DNA of 64,000 nucleotides from Fistulifera solaris. Lineage: Eukaryota. Each line of letters opens with the position of its first letter. Position 1 is the first letter of the stretch. The notes under the pieces were generated by a model. It had not been told where the DNA came from. It did no database searches and was given only the letters and a program-made list of their open reading frames with translations. Positions 63,354-64,000 of the stretch are shown piece by piece. Made by a program: the position numbers and the translations under genes. The stretch covers positions 1,178,001 to 1,242,000 of the forward strand of contig AP026126.1 of the NCBI GenBank assembly GCA_030295235.1, given 5' to 3'.

Positions 63354-64000
63354 TTAAAGCCAGTCGACGGCATCCAAAAGGAACTCTCCGAATTCAGGAT
63401 CGGCTTGCAACTCCGACAAAACAGTATTTTCCGCCTGGTCGAAACAGGGAAACAAGGTGCTGTCAATTGGATCCAAGTTGAGGGTTTCTACCGATGACTG
63501 ACAAGGATCCGGTTCAAGATACGGAGACGGGTCGGGAAGAAGAGGAAGCTGAGATGAGCCAGTGATCTTCACTGCTGGAATGGTGATCTTAGTGTTGTGA
63601 AAGTAGGATGGTATCCATTTTCAGCAACGACAAAACGAGAGCATGATCAGCCTTTAATCTGTCACATTAAGTGGTTGGGTGCAATAGCCATAGTGACATT
63701 TGCTTAGAACAGACGAAAATGACTGAAAAATTCAATCATACGTGCTGTGGGCTGGAACAGATCTACGGGGGTGCTCGAGTCCTGTCTTGTTAAGGTGAAT
63801 GATTCTTGACTAAGCTTGTCGAGAGATCATCTTAGATGGCTCAAATCCCACCTCTTCTTCCACGTCGCTGTCTTCATTCTTTACCATAACCTTGTCTGCA
63901 AAAGAGAGAAACGTAGTTGAAGTGGGTGAGGACCGGGGAGTTACCGTCTTAGCTTCCTGGGGAGGAGGAGTCTCAGATCGTGTCGTTCGTAACAGGATGA
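63354..64000 (-). CDS. 3' end of a gene extending beyond the window (acidic/Pro-rich tail)
   Basis: ORF ends ...EFGEFLLDAVDWL*. Upstream coding-like sequence and probable introns run to the window edge. Confidence 0.45.

Overview
Gene-dense eukaryotic nuclear DNA with short GT-AG introns and mid-range GC, very probably from a diatom or related ochrophyte. The assignment rests on bipartite plastid presequences, a signal-peptide-bearing E1, an HA-repeat protein and a GH161-type glucan phosphorylase. About 25 protein genes are present, and most are recognisable: GUN4, NTT, E1, ATG6, MFS, kinase, delta-COP, Ctf4/WDHD1, RDD, SHAQKYF-Myb, PIP5K, HA-repeat protein, FHA-WDR70, pyroglutamyl peptidase, GH161, PUB protein, TMTC, HSF, malic enzyme, DUF1499-like and TSG101. 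Many CDSs are broken by single-base indels in homopolymers, most likely assembly error. The most unusual signals are non-coding: (1) a ~600-nt, densely base-paired candidate RNA at ~10.0-10.6 kb; (2) a ~250-nt chain of hairpins ending in an Sm-site-like tract at ~57.3-57.5 kb; (3) a three-variant 17/18-bp minisatellite bracketed by a ~105-bp direct repeat, with a CpG-decay signature; (4) pervasive TA-flanked micro-insertions that look like DNA-transposon excision footprints, four of them visible as insertions by comparing local repeat copies. All calls are by eye; no database searches or folding programs were run.
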